Of a stretch of DNA of 64,000 nt, positions 47,867 to 58,176 are shown in pieces. The DNA is from Alphaproteobacteria bacterium (lineage in GTDB: Bacteria > Pseudomonadota > Alphaproteobacteria > Rs-D84). Made by a program: the position numbers and the translations under genes. Location: positions 23,051 through 87,050 of the forward strand of contig SUUQ01000002.1 in NCBI GenBank assembly GCA_015062445.1, read 5' to 3'. The notes under the pieces were generated by a model, which worked only from the letters and a program-made list of their open reading frames with translations, was not told the origin of the DNA and ran no database searches. Position 1 is the first letter of the stretch. The number at the start of each line of letters is the position of its first letter.

Positions 47867-49022
47867 ATTTACCTTGAATCCCTTGGGCAATCAGTTTGGC
47901 TGCCCCCCCATCATCACGCCGCCACAAATCATCTGCAGACTTTAATTCGCGAATCATTTTTTCACGTTTTGCAGGTATTGTTAACTGTTGAACCGCATTC
48001 AGCACATTTTCTGCATTGGCCGCCCCACCCAAAAACTCAGGAAACACAGCACGTTTCAACAATATATTAACCAAAGACACCCACTGCACACGGATAATCT
48101 GTCGCCCAATCCAGGTTGTAATTGGATTCATTTTATACACGACAATTGTTGGCACATGCAACATCGCCAATTCTGCAGATACAGTACCACTGGCAACAAT
48201 TGCGATATATGTTTTTGCATACAAATCATATCTATCCGCAGCCGGCACCAATATTGGTTTCACCTTCCAATGTTTAATCTGTTGACGCACAAAATTTTCG
48301 GTTGTTTCGACTGTGGGTATAACAAATTTATACCCCATATACCCATTGCGATACAAACGTTCCACAACGTCACGCATTATCGGCATTAAACGTTTTACTT
48401 CGCCAATTCTGCTGCCTGGAACCAGTGTGATAATTTTTTCTGATTGCGACTTCTGCACTTTGTACTGCCCCACCAAACCGTCTGCAATCGGATGCCCAAC
48501 TGCCACTGTATCCAAACCATATTTGGTAAAATAGGGCACTTCGAAATCAAAAAACGCATACAGTTTATCAAATATTTGTGCATATTTTTTTGCACGTCCT
48601 GACCGCCATGCCCACACCTGTGGTGCCACCACATGATGGAAACGCAGCCCCTGTTCGATTAATTTTTTTCCGTCTGGATGTTTTCTGATTTGCTTGATAA
48701 CACTTTTTGCAAACCCCGGTGCATCAACAGAAACAACAACATCAGGTTTTTGTTCGATAATTGCATTAACAGTCTGCTTAATCCGCCGTGTCAGTGTTTT
48801 TGCATGCCCCAGAACTTCTACAATACCCATCACAGACAAATCAGCCATCGGGAATATTGACTTCAGTCCTGCCCGCTGCATATTTTCACCACCGATACCT
48901 ATAAATTCTGCATTTGACATCTGGGCCATAATACGTCCGCCCAACACATCACCAGACACTTCGCCTGCGATTATGAAAACACGTTGCTTTTTATTCTGCA
49001 TTTTTAGATGTACCGATACCAC
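47865..49022 (-). CDS. lpxB: lipid-A-disaccharide synthase
   Basis: N-terminal VFIIAGEVSGDVLGGRIM motif; GT-B fold length; directly downstream of lpxA. Confidence 0.9.
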   Translation of the reverse strand: MVSVHLKMQNKKQRVFIIAGEVSGDVLGGRIMAQMSNAEFIGIGGENMQRAGLKSIFPMADLSVMGIVEVLGHAKTLTRRIKQTVNAIIEQKPDVVVSVDAPGFAKSVIKQIRKHPDGKKLIEQGLRFHHVVAPQVWAWRSGRAKKYAQIFDKLYAFFDFEVPYFTKYGLDTVAVGHPIADGLVGQYKVQKSQSEKIITLVPGSRIGEVKRLMPIMRDVVERLYRNGYMGYKFVIPTVETTENFVRQQIKHWKVKPILVPAADRYDLYAKTYIAIVASGTVSAELAMLHVPTIVVYKMNPITTWIGRQIIRVQWVSLVNILLKRAVFPEFLGGAANAENVLNAVQQLTIPAKREKMIRELKSADDLWRRDDGGAAKLIAQGIQGK

Positions 49023-49800
49023 GTTTTGAACGATTTTCTATAAAATCAATTGCATCCATGGCATATTTATTATTTTTTACTTCTTTGCGTACTTTTGCCA
49101 AACGTTCTGACACAGTACCATCACCACCACGGAACACAGCAGCATAGACAGAATGAATCGCATGCATATCTTCGTTTGTAAAACCATGTCGCATCAGTCC
49201 AACACGATTAATCGTACGATACACAGCCCGATTACCATCATATATTGCATACGGCAGCACATCATTTCCAACCCCTGACATACCACCAATAAATGCATTA
49301 CGTCCGATACGTGCGAACTGCAGCACCATCGTGCCACCGGACAGAATTGCAAAATCTTCAATTTCAACATGTCCTGCAACCTGAACCAGATTTGACATCA
49401 CAACACTGTTTCCCACCTTGCAATCGTGTCCTACGTGTGCATTAACCATAATCTGACAGTCATCACCAATAACCGTCCCATCAGATGCAGGTGTTCCCGA
49501 ATGAATTGTTGCATATTCACGAATTCTGCATCGTTTACCGATACGCAGTCCCGTCATCGTTGCTTCGTCTTGCCATTTCAGGTCTTGACTCATAACCCCC
49601 AGCACTGCAAAAGGATAAACAATTGAATCGTCACCAATTGATGTTTTTCCATCTATTACAACATGAGAAACCAGTTCAACCCGATCCCCCAGAACCACAT
49701 TTGGTCCAACTATACAATACGGGCCAATTTTGCAATCTGCCCCCAGTTTTGCGCCATCATGAATAATCGCTGTTGGATGTATCGCCATAATAAAACTCAC
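48991..49800 (-). CDS. lpxA: UDP-N-acetylglucosamine O-acyltransferase
   Basis: IHPTAIIHDGAKLGADCKIGPYCIVG hexapeptide-repeat left-handed beta-helix N-terminus and a helical C-terminal domain typical of LpxA. Confidence 0.9.
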   Translation of the reverse strand: MSFIMAIHPTAIIHDGAKLGADCKIGPYCIVGPNVVLGDRVELVSHVVIDGKTSIGDDSIVYPFAVLGVMSQDLKWQDEATMTGLRIGKRCRIREYATIHSGTPASDGTVIGDDCQIMVNAHVGHDCKVGNSVVMSNLVQVAGHVEIEDFAILSGGTMVLQFARIGRNAFIGGMSGVGNDVLPYAIYDGNRAVYRTINRVGLMRHGFTNEDMHAIHSVYAAVFRGGDGTVSERLAKVRKEVKNNKYAMDAIDFIENRSKRGIGTSKNAE

Positions 49801-49872
49801 TTTTTTTATACTATTAACGCAGTGAATAATACATTATAACGCACGAAAATGGTACTAAATAAATATAACCAA

Positions 49873-50943
49873 TTATAACAATGCCTTGAAATCCCGCCAG
49901 ATTTTATTCTGTGGCAAAATACCCCAGTATAAAATTCCCAGACCTACAATAACTGGCATCACTGTAATAACACCAAAGCACATCAGCACCAGCGCAAACA
50001 TCTTATATCCCGAAACCACATCAAATTTTTGTGCATGCCAGACAGACATTGCAAACATGACAAATGCCAATGCCAACGTCCCTAAAAATACTGGCACTGC
50101 CTCGGTAATAACGAACAGCACCATCCCAAACGCACACATAACCCGCATCAACCATTTCAGCTTAATAAACACCCCGTGCTTGATTTTACCACGTGCATTT
50201 ATATTCAGTACTGCAATTGACATCATGGCGACAACACCCAACACCAACACTGCAACAACATGCCCCAACATCAAGTTCCCCAATTGTCCAAACCTAAAGA
50301 ACTCCGGCTGCATCAAAATAGCCACAGCTGTCATCAACACAATCAGTATTATTCCCGCAACAGGTCTCATTTCTGCCTTGGCATATCGCCCCAAAACACC
50401 CCCCAGCATTAATGCACCCACCTGCAACAAGGGCCCCCACCAAACATGCACATCAGACAATGCCACAATTGCGATTACCCCCAGCACACACAACCACCAC
50501 CACCGGTTCATACGGGGCAGGGGCCGTGTCCGCAAATGCGACGAAACAAACAAACTGGCCAGGAACACAATCGTTGCAATCACCATCGGCAACACAGACA
50601 AGCTGTCCCGCAGCACCGCATAATTACCCCCAAACAAGACAATCCACACCCCTGTCAATCCAGCGGTCCACATTGACACATTCTTCAAAATATTTTTATC
50701 ATTCCATCCCAACCGTGCAACAATTGCATCACGGCACCAAAACACCACCACAAACAATGGCAATGCCAGCACCGCCCACCACAAGAACGCAGGTCCCATT
50801 AATGCAGCATTATTAAATGCACTGATTGCACTTTCTACGATAACAACATCATTTAACATACACTTGCCTTTTTCATTTGTTGCTTTATTATAAATACCTA
50901 TGAGCATAAAACAAGAAAATTTTACCCTGATGGGTGGTCGCAT
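49873..50943 (-). CDS. polytopic integral membrane protein of unknown function (about 10 TM; likely start at the internal Met at 50862)
   Basis: Highly hydrophobic; repeated W-rich TM segments; the longer ORF would overlap the divergent methyltransferase start. Confidence 0.6.
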   Translation of the reverse strand: MRPPIRVKFSCFMLIGIYNKATNEKGKCMLNDVVIVESAISAFNNAALMGPAFLWWAVLALPLFVVVFWCRDAIVARLGWNDKNILKNVSMWTAGLTGVWIVLFGGNYAVLRDSLSVLPMVIATIVFLASLFVSSHLRTRPLPRMNRWWWLCVLGVIAIVALSDVHVWWGPLLQVGALMLGGVLGRYAKAEMRPVAGIILIVLMTAVAILMQPEFFRFGQLGNLMLGHVVAVLVLGVVAMMSIAVLNINARGKIKHGVFIKLKWLMRVMCAFGMVLFVITEAVPVFLGTLALAFVMFAMSVWHAQKFDVVSGYKMFALVLMCFGVITVMPVIVGLGILYWGILPQNKIWRDFKALL

Positions 50944-51583
50944 AAAAATGCACAGATGTCATTACAACCCGACATCTGATGCGGTGTGGCTGGCTGCATT
51001 TGCCCCACACGGTGTTAAAACTGTACTGGACGTTGGCATTGGCACAGGCGGTGTATCACTGTGTTTATTGGCGAACAATCCATCTGCCCAGATTACAGGT
51101 CTGGACACATCTGAAGAAATGCTGTCTGCATGCAAAAAAAATGCTGCATTAAATAATTTTGATATTGAATTAATTAACGCAGACATTACCACATGGCGCA
51201 CATCTCGCACATTTGATCTGGTGATAACGAATCCGCCATATTTTAATGGCACCCCTGCAACGCACAATGCCCACCATAATGCAGATTTACCCAAATGGAT
51301 ATCACGTTGCATTGCCCGTGTTCGTCCGATGGGCACATTCTGCATCATAACTGATGCCGCCACTATATCCACCGTTATTGGCGAGATGTCGAAAAAGCTA
51401 GGCGACATAAATATCTTACCACTATTTGGCTCACGCAATGTCGCCGAGCGAGTATTAATTTCAGGTCGACTTGGCACACACGGTATCAGCATCATACATC
51501 GTGGTCTGTCCATGAACCAAGATGCCATATTACGTGACGGCTTGACTATTGATGAATTTTTGTCTACAGTATCGGGAACATGA
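50900..51583 (+). CDS. N6-adenine methyltransferase of the TrmN6/YfiC type (tRNA m6A37), NPPY motif
   Basis: SAM motif VLDVGIGTGGVSL, catalytic LVITNPPYF; N-terminus ...FTLMGGRIKMHRCHYNPTSDAVWLAAFAP parallels E. coli YfiC ...[29 protein letters not shown]. Confidence 0.75.
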   Translation: MSIKQENFTLMGGRIKMHRCHYNPTSDAVWLAAFAPHGVKTVLDVGIGTGGVSLCLLANNPSAQITGLDTSEEMLSACKKNAALNNFDIELINADITTWRTSRTFDLVITNPPYFNGTPATHNAHHNADLPKWISRCIARVRPMGTFCIITDAATISTVIGEMSKKLGDINILPLFGSRNVAERVLISGRLGTHGISIIHRGLSMNQDAILRDGLTIDEFLSTVSGT

Positions 51584-52857
51584 TAAACTTTATAACACGA
51601 TATTTTACATCGCTGTGGGCATTTATAACATCGCCATTTCGTGCGATATGGCGCATTATTGTCCGCATATTCCCCCCCCGGGAATTCACAGTAATGGACA
51701 CCCCTCGTGGCAACGTCTACACTTTTTCACAAAGCAGTTTTTGGCGTTTTACCCGTTTTTGTGGTAAAATTGGGTTAATATTGTGGGCTTCATGGTCAAC
51801 ATATGTATTCGTGTACCACCGTCCATTATTGCAAAAACGCACCCAGCAACTTGAAGAAGCACGCACCACCCACACCCGTCACATGTCAGACCTGCAAACA
51901 TATCTGACCAAGTACAATAATCTGGTTCGTGACCTGAACGTCATTGACGACAAAGTTTTAAACAGCACCAAACTGGACAACAAAGAAAAAGAAAAACTCA
52001 TGAACTCCCGCATCAAAACATGGGGCGAGCTGGACTTTTTACGCACCCGAATTGTTGAAATGCTGTCAAACGAAGAATTCACACCTGAATACACAAAACT
52101 GTCTGAATTATCTGCAGAATACGAATTAACCCGCGCAGAAAACGATGAATTAAAGAAACGCAATGCCCAAATTGTTGAATCAATGGCCCAGGTTATGGAC
52201 GCAGACAATATCATTGTTGACACGGTATCTGCATTAACCAAAGACAACACCGAAGAATTGCAGAAAAATATCAAACGCATAAATGGTACCTTGGCAACAT
52301 TGGGTTTAAGTCAAACAACATTGCTTCGTAATGCGAACAAGTATAGCAACCCATTGGTTGGCTCGGCATTTTCCCCGGTTGAATTTGACAAAGACCTGGA
52401 TGAAAAATATCAGAAACTGGCCGATGGTCTGGAACGTTGGAACGGTCTGCGTCGTCTGAACGAAATCCTGCCATTGGGCAAACCTGTTAATTCTCGCATA
52501 ACATCTAATTATGGCACCCGCAACGATCCATTTACTGGCAAACCCAAAAAGCATCGTGGCATTGACTTTGCAGGCAAAATAGGCACAGAATTGATGGCTG
52601 TTGCACCTGGCCGTGTTGTATCTGCGGGCGAACGTGTTGGCTATGGCACAACGGTTGAAATCGATCATGGACTGGGCTTTACGACCTTGTACGCACATTT
52701 GTCACAAATATTGGTATCACGTGGCGACTGGGTACGACCGGGAACCGTAATTGGACTGGCTGGTTCATCTGGCCGTTCGACAGGCCCCCACCTACACTAT
52801 GAAATTCGGTACAAAGGTTCCCCCTTTGACCCCACAAAATTTGTAAAGGAAGAATAG
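51580..52857 (+). CDS. M23-family peptidoglycan endopeptidase with N-terminal TM and coiled-coil region
   Basis: C-terminal LytM domain HRGIDFAG ... GTTVEIDHG..TLYAHL ... GSSGRSTGPHLHYEI; start overlaps the upstream gene (ATGA). Confidence 0.88.
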   Translation: MINFITRYFTSLWAFITSPFRAIWRIIVRIFPPREFTVMDTPRGNVYTFSQSSFWRFTRFCGKIGLILWASWSTYVFVYHRPLLQKRTQQLEEARTTHTRHMSDLQTYLTKYNNLVRDLNVIDDKVLNSTKLDNKEKEKLMNSRIKTWGELDFLRTRIVEMLSNEEFTPEYTKLSELSAEYELTRAENDELKKRNAQIVESMAQVMDADNIIVDTVSALTKDNTEELQKNIKRINGTLATLGLSQTTLLRNANKYSNPLVGSAFSPVEFDKDLDEKYQKLADGLERWNGLRRLNEILPLGKPVNSRITSNYGTRNDPFTGKPKKHRGIDFAGKIGTELMAVAPGRVVSAGERVGYGTTVEIDHGLGFTTLYAHLSQILVSRGDWVRPGTVIGLAGSSGRSTGPHLHYEIRYKGSPFDPTKFVKEE

Positions 52858-52861
52858 AACA

Positions 52862-53224
52862 ATGCTAGCATTCACAAACTCATCAGAAAAACAATCCCCA
52901 ACCGTTATTGGTGCGGGCTGTAAATTGACTGGCGACATCAAGACAGATCACACAGTCCAGATTCATGGCGAAATCATTGGGAACATAACAGCAGAAACTG
53001 TTGTAATTGGCCGTGGCGGTCATGTCGTTGGTGAAATCAATACACCGGTACTGTTCTTACATGGCAAACTGGATGGCCCAGCCACAGTAAACACCGCAAA
53101 CATATTCAGTGCCGCCCAAATGACTGGTACACTGTCATACAAAACCCTGAATATCACCAGCAACACTGGACTGGAATGCAAATTGGAAAAACGCAAAGAC
53201 AAAGAAAAGGACAAATCAAAATGA
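52862..53224 (+). CDS. bactofilin-family cytoskeletal protein
   Basis: 120 aa; repetitive beta-helical DUF583 pattern (VIGAGCKLTGDIKTDHTVQIHGEIIGNITAETVVIGRGGHVVGEI) with a K/E-rich tail. Confidence 0.85.
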   Translation: MLAFTNSSEKQSPTVIGAGCKLTGDIKTDHTVQIHGEIIGNITAETVVIGRGGHVVGEINTPVLFLHGKLDGPATVNTANIFSAAQMTGTLSYKTLNITSNTGLECKLEKRKDKEKDKSK

Positions 53225-53667
53225 ACAAGAATATATCGACAGTCTATATTGCATCAGATCACCGTGGTGTTGGGTTAAAATTATATTTAATCAACATGCT
53301 AAATGCTGCGGGCTATACCGTTGTCAACCTGGGGACAGACGACCCAAATTCCATGGTTGACTATCCAGATGTTGCATCTGGCCTGGCAAATGCCATGGCA
53401 GAAGACAAATTATCACGTGGCATAATCATTTGCGGCACTGGGGCAGGGGTCATGATTGCTGCGAACCGCTATCGTCACATACGTGCATCACGTTGCGACA
53501 ATCCGTCCCAGGCCCGTGAAGACCGTTTTCACGACGACACAAATGTTTTGGCACTAGCCGCCGATGACATTGATATCGAAGTCGCTTTTTTATGTGCCCA
53601 GGCATTTTTAGAAAGCCCATTTGATGCCATCGAACGTCGCATCCGCCGGGTTGAAAAAATCTCGTAA
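53221..53667 (+). CDS. rpiB: ribose-5-phosphate isomerase B
   Basis: IASDHRGVGLK ... GIIICGTGAGVMIAANR motifs of the RpiB/LacAB family; ATG at 53221 overlaps the bactofilin stop. Confidence 0.88.
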   Translation: MNKNISTVYIASDHRGVGLKLYLINMLNAAGYTVVNLGTDDPNSMVDYPDVASGLANAMAEDKLSRGIIICGTGAGVMIAANRYRHIRASRCDNPSQAREDRFHDDTNVLALAADDIDIEVAFLCAQAFLESPFDAIERRIRRVEKIS

Positions 53668-53699
53668 CAGTCCCCCAATTGGGGGATTTTTAATTTCTG

Positions 53700-54300
53700 C
53701 CGTGGCAATCCAGTAAATAGAAACCATACCCTCCACACTCATGTCATCCCGTGGCTGGACCACGAGACCCAGGTGTATACCTTTTCTTACTTTGTCATTG
53801 CAGGGCGAACCGTGGCAATCCAGTCTATTATTCTGCCTTGCCCCTCTGTCCTCATACCCATGCAGACCACCCCCTCATGTCATCCCGTTTCTAGAACTGG
53901 CAATAATATACACATAATAATATTTTTGTTCAAATCTGATAAAACAATGATGCATTACCTGGGTTCCGTGGTCCAGCCACGGAATGACAAAACACTTAAC
54001 ACATTTTATAAAATATAATTTTTATCCAGAACCCCGTCATACCGGCATCGGACCACTCCCACCCCCCGTCATACCGGCGCAGGCCGGTATCCATTGCAAG
54101 CCACCCAACCCCCACAAAAAAGAGCCGTTCAAAAAATTCCCCTCTCTGTGGGGAACATGCAGTGCCGGGGTGGTCTCAATCCCACCCCCGTCATACCGGC
54201 GCAGGCCGGTATCCATTGTGTTTTTCCCCCCCATGTCATCCCGTGGCTGGACCACGGGACCCAGGTGTATGCTTTTTTTTACTTCAACACCAAACAAAAA
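53700..54300. repeat. second intergenic cluster of the same palindromic MITE-like repeat families (A, B, C)
   Basis: Family B at 53737 and 54229; family C (roughly 160 bp) at 53873-54035; family A at 54058 and 54185; same orientation as the 18.1-19.4 kb cluster. Confidence 0.9.
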
Positions 54301-54336
54301 AAATCCCGCCAAATCGGCGGGATAATAACACTTTTA

Positions 54337-56733
54337 TCAGCGTTTTATAACAAAGTTTACCAATTTCTTTGGTACAACAATTGTTTTTACAATCTCCGCA
54401 TCGCCCAGTTTTGCCCCCGCCGCAGTTTTTGCCGCCGCAACAATTGCACTTTCGCCTGCATCTGCTGGCACGACAAATTCTGCCACACGTTTACCATTTA
54501 TTGACGCAACAACTGTCATTTCTGTTGCAATCAATTTAGACGGGTCAAATGTTGGCCACTGTTTGAACACCAGCATTTCAGAATTACCCAATTTTTCCCA
54601 CATTTCTTCGGTTAAATGCGGTGCGAACGGGTTCAGCATCTGCAACAATGTTTCATACGCAGGGCGGGGCATTTTACCTGCAAACGCATTGATAAATTCC
54701 ATCATTGCAGAAATCGCTGTATTAAAGCGCATATTTTCCAGACGTTCCGTCACATCTGCGATCAGTTTATGCACCAGACGTTCCTGTGCCGCGGTCATTT
54801 CATCATCTGTCAAATTATCTGCCAAGTTTTCCACACGTTTCAGGAATCGTTCCACACCACGCAGTGTATCTTCGGACCAGTTTGCACTTTGTTCCCATGG
54901 CCCCAGGTACAAGATTGCCATACGACATGCATCTGCACCGCTGCGTTCTACGACATCGGAACTGGGTACAGTATTACCGCGTGACTTTGACATCTTGGAA
55001 CCATCGGCCGCCATAATCAGACCATTGCTGGTACGTTTTTTATATGGTTCGACACCCGGTACAAATCCCAGGTCTGCCAATACCTTGTACCAAAAACGTG
55101 AATACAGCAAATGACGTGTTGTATGTTCCATACCGCCATTATAGTGGTCAACCGGCATCCATTTATCCAACTGTTCACGCGAACAAAACGCGTCATTATT
55201 TTTCGAATCCAAATACCGCATAAAGTACCACGAAGACCCCGCCCACTGTGGCATTGTATCTGTTTCACGTTTTGCCGCCGCACCACAGTGTGGACATTTT
55301 GTATTTACCCAATCCGTTGCACGGGCCAGGGGACCTTCGCCATCATCGGTTGGTTTATAGTCTGACATATATGGCTGCAGCAACGGCAATTCAGATTCTG
55401 GCACTGGCACCCAACCACACTTTTCGCAGTACACCAATGGAATTGGTTCACCCCAGTACATCTGACGTGAAAATCCCCAGTCTTTTAATTTATATTTGGT
55501 TGTACCACGTGCAAATCCGTGTTCTGTACCATATTTAATTGCGGCTGCAATTGCATCATCTTTGCCCATACCGTCCAAGAAAGAAGAATTTATATGTTCT
55601 CCGTCACCTTCCCATACCTGGTCTGGTTCGCCACCGGCCAAAACTGGAATAATATCCAGTCCGAACTTTTTCGCAAAGTCCCAGTCACGTCCATCGTGTG
55701 CCGGCACCGCCATAATCGCCCCAAATCCATAATCTGCCAAAACATAGTCTGAAATAAAGACCGGAATTTCACGTCCATTAAATGGATTTACGGCCTTGAT
55801 TCCTTGCAGTTCCACACCTGTTTTTTCTTTGGTAACATCTGTACGTTCGAACTCAGACTTGGCCCGTGCTGCGGCGATATATTCATTAACGGCATCAGTG
55901 TTTGTAATTTTACCTTCGTCCAGCCACTTTTTCACCAACGCATGTTCAGGTGCAATAACGCAGAACGTCACACCAAATATTGTATCGATACGCGTGGTAT
56001 AGACTGTCATCACATCATCACCGACACGGAAATTAACATCTGCGCCATGCGAACGTCCAATCCAGTTTATCTGTTCTGTTTTAACACGTTCTGGATAGTC
56101 CACCAATTTCAAATCATCGATTAAGCGGTCTGCATATTTTGTGATTGCCAGATTCCATTGCAGTTTCATTTTCTTTTCCACCGGCCCATGACAGCGTTCA
56201 CAACACCCGTCTTCTAACTCTTCATTGGTCAGGTTTGTTTTACATGCCGGGCACCAGTTCATTGGCAATTCAGACTTATATGCCAACCCCGCCCGAAAGA
56301 ACTGAATAAACATCCACTGCGTCCACTTAATAAACTCTGGATCTGACGTAGAAACCTTGGATTCTGGGTCAAACGATAACCCCATAATTGAAATATCACG
56401 TTCAAAAATCTTAATCAATTCCGCAACAGATTCGCTTGGATGCTTGCCAATTTTCGTTGCATAGTTTTCAGACGAGATTCCCATTGAATCATACCCAATT
56501 GGGAACAGAACATCGAACCCACGCATACGCCGCCACCGTGCCAACACATCCATACCTGTATACGGCAACATATGCCCCACATGCAATCCCGACCCTGATG
56601 GGAACGGAAATTCAATCAAATTATAGTACTTTGGTTTTGAACCGTCATTTTTTGGTGTAAAGGCACGTGCTTCCTGCCATTTTTTTTGCCATTTTGCCTC
56701 GCGTTCGTGAATTTTCTTCATATCGTCTGCCAT
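54337..56733 (-). CDS. leuS: leucine--tRNA ligase
   Basis: 798 aa; HIGH-type HVGH near the N-terminus (FPFPSGSGLHVGHMLPY), CP1 editing domain, KMSKS (SKMSKSRGN). Confidence 0.93.
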   Translation of the reverse strand: MADDMKKIHEREAKWQKKWQEARAFTPKNDGSKPKYYNLIEFPFPSGSGLHVGHMLPYTGMDVLARWRRMRGFDVLFPIGYDSMGISSENYATKIGKHPSESVAELIKIFERDISIMGLSFDPESKVSTSDPEFIKWTQWMFIQFFRAGLAYKSELPMNWCPACKTNLTNEELEDGCCERCHGPVEKKMKLQWNLAITKYADRLIDDLKLVDYPERVKTEQINWIGRSHGADVNFRVGDDVMTVYTTRIDTIFGVTFCVIAPEHALVKKWLDEGKITNTDAVNEYIAAARAKSEFERTDVTKEKTGVELQGIKAVNPFNGREIPVFISDYVLADYGFGAIMAVPAHDGRDWDFAKKFGLDIIPVLAGGEPDQVWEGDGEHINSSFLDGMGKDDAIAAAIKYGTEHGFARGTTKYKLKDWGFSRQMYWGEPIPLVYCEKCGWVPVPESELPLLQPYMSDYKPTDDGEGPLARATDWVNTKCPHCGAAAKRETDTMPQWAGSSWYFMRYLDSKNNDAFCSREQLDKWMPVDHYNGGMEHTTRHLLYSRFWYKVLADLGFVPGVEPYKKRTSNGLIMAADGSKMSKSRGNTVPSSDVVERSGADACRMAILYLGPWEQSANWSEDTLRGVERFLKRVENLADNLTDDEMTAAQERLVHKLIADVTERLENMRFNTAISAMMEFINAFAGKMPRPAYETLLQMLNPFAPHLTEEMWEKLGNSEMLVFKQWPTFDPSKLIATEMTVVASINGKRVAEFVVPADAGESAIVAAAKTAAGAKLGDAEIVKTIVVPKKLVNFVIKR

Positions 56734-56811
56734 TTGTATATTCCTATATTTTTTATGCTAACCTGGCGGATTTTACCGCCAAACATCAATGAATTCAAGC
56801 ATCTATTTTAA

Positions 56812-57540
56812 TTATTCTTTGAAAAAGTGTGCCAAGAATTCAACATTTCCACTGCCACCGTGGATTGGGGATTCTGTAATTCCACGCAATCGAAAACCAG
56901 ATTTTGCAAATGCATTAACCACCTGTTCGATTGCAAAGTCATGCCATTGTTGTGATTTTATAACCCCATTTGATTTTGCTGCAATTTCCCTAGGCACTTC
57001 GAACTGTGGTTTAATCAGTGCAATAATATCTTTTGCGCCCCATGGCGCCAGTGAATCTACAATATTTGTCAGCGAAATAAATGAAACATCTATCACGATT
57101 ATATCCACCACCGATTGCACGGCCAGGCCCCGAATATCGGTCTGTTCAATCGACACCACCCGAACATCATCTTTCAAGGATTGCGCCAACTGATTTGTAC
57201 CAACATCCACCGCATAGACACGCACCGCACCATTATTTAACAGAACCTCGGTAAAACCGCCGGTACTGGCCCCAACATCCAGACAAACCATACCCGCTGG
57301 ATTAATCTGAAAAGTATCCAACGCATGCGATAACTTCAAACTGCCACGTCCCGTGGAATAGGGCAAATCGCCACCACTTAACATATCTGATTCCAAAACA
57401 TCCTGACTGGGCTTTTTTGCGGTCATGCCATTAACCATCACCAGCCCAGACTTAATCGCCGCCACCGCCCGTGCCCGTGTCGAATATATATTTTGTTGAA
57501 CCAATGCCTGATCTAGTCTCATAATAGACCATGCTATCAC
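56812..57540 (-). CDS. tlyA: TlyA-family rRNA 2'-O-methyltransferase/hemolysin
   Basis: N-terminal S4 domain (MRLDQALVQQNIYSTRARAVAAIKSGLVMVNG), FtsJ-like SAM-binding domain (CLDVGASTGGFTEVLL). Confidence 0.88.
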   Translation of the reverse strand: MIAWSIMRLDQALVQQNIYSTRARAVAAIKSGLVMVNGMTAKKPSQDVLESDMLSGGDLPYSTGRGSLKLSHALDTFQINPAGMVCLDVGASTGGFTEVLLNNGAVRVYAVDVGTNQLAQSLKDDVRVVSIEQTDIRGLAVQSVVDIIVIDVSFISLTNIVDSLAPWGAKDIIALIKPQFEVPREIAAKSNGVIKSQQWHDFAIEQVVNAFAKSGFRLRGITESPIHGGSGNVEFLAHFFKE

Positions 57541-57605
57541 AGAAAAAATAAACTTGCCAACATTAATTATTTAAACTACTCTAAACACAAAAAAAGGATT
57601 TCACA

Positions 57606-57863
57606 ATGTTTACACAAGAACAGGGCACAAACGTTTTATACTGCAATGGCTGTATACATCATTGCAAATACGGTGCCAGTCCCTCTCGCACAGGTCCTGG
57701 TTATGCACTCAAATATGTACCAACCCTGAACGGGAAAAAAATATTAACCTACACAATGCAGGGTGGCCATACAACAGATATGACACTTTGCCAATCTGCG
57801 CCTGATGCATTACAATTGGCCGCAAAAATATCAAAACTGTGCGACAATTACAAAACACGATAG
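57606..57863 (+). CDS. small hypothetical protein (85 aa) with a CxxC...C cluster
   Basis: ORF in an otherwise decayed region; YCNGCIHHC possible metal-binding; weak. Confidence 0.3.
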   Translation: MFTQEQGTNVLYCNGCIHHCKYGASPSRTGPGYALKYVPTLNGKKILTYTMQGGHTTDMTLCQSAPDALQLAAKISKLCDNYKTR

Positions 57864-57879
57864 CCAGGGCGGGGCACAC

Positions 57880-58176
57880 ATGAATAAACAAGATAAAATC
57901 GACATACTGAAACGACAATTGCGCCATAAAACAACCCAGGGCAAAATTTTTAACATCTCGGGATACGGCTGCACCCTTGCATCAATCGCAGAAATTATAA
58001 ACAGTGTTTACCATGCCGCATCACAAAACACCGCCGAAGATTCCTGGGTTGCCCCGGCATACTTTGGTATGTTATTTATCATACTGGCACAAATGAGTTT
58101 TAATTCTGCCAACAATGCGTTGTCTGATGCCAAACGCACCCGAAAAAAAATCAACAATCTGCAAAAGCACAGATAA
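57880..58176 (+). CDS. small hypothetical protein (98 aa; start chosen at the internal Met)
   Basis: Ribosome-binding-site-like AGGGCGGGG upstream; C-terminal TM-like segment; weak; overlaps the minus-strand remnant ORF. Confidence 0.25.
   Translation: MNKQDKIDILKRQLRHKTTQGKIFNISGYGCTLASIAEIINSVYHAASQNTAEDSWVAPAYFGMLFIILAQMSFNSANNALSDAKRTRKKINNLQKHR

Noticed and set aside
18130-54300. The 34-kb interval between the two repeat mosaics as a mobile genomic island
   Set aside because: Its content is core housekeeping (tolQRA, ruvB, argS, rplM-rpsI, tig, thyA, lpxAB, gcrA) with no integrase or transposase. The flanking repeats are better explained as dispersed MITE-like elements.
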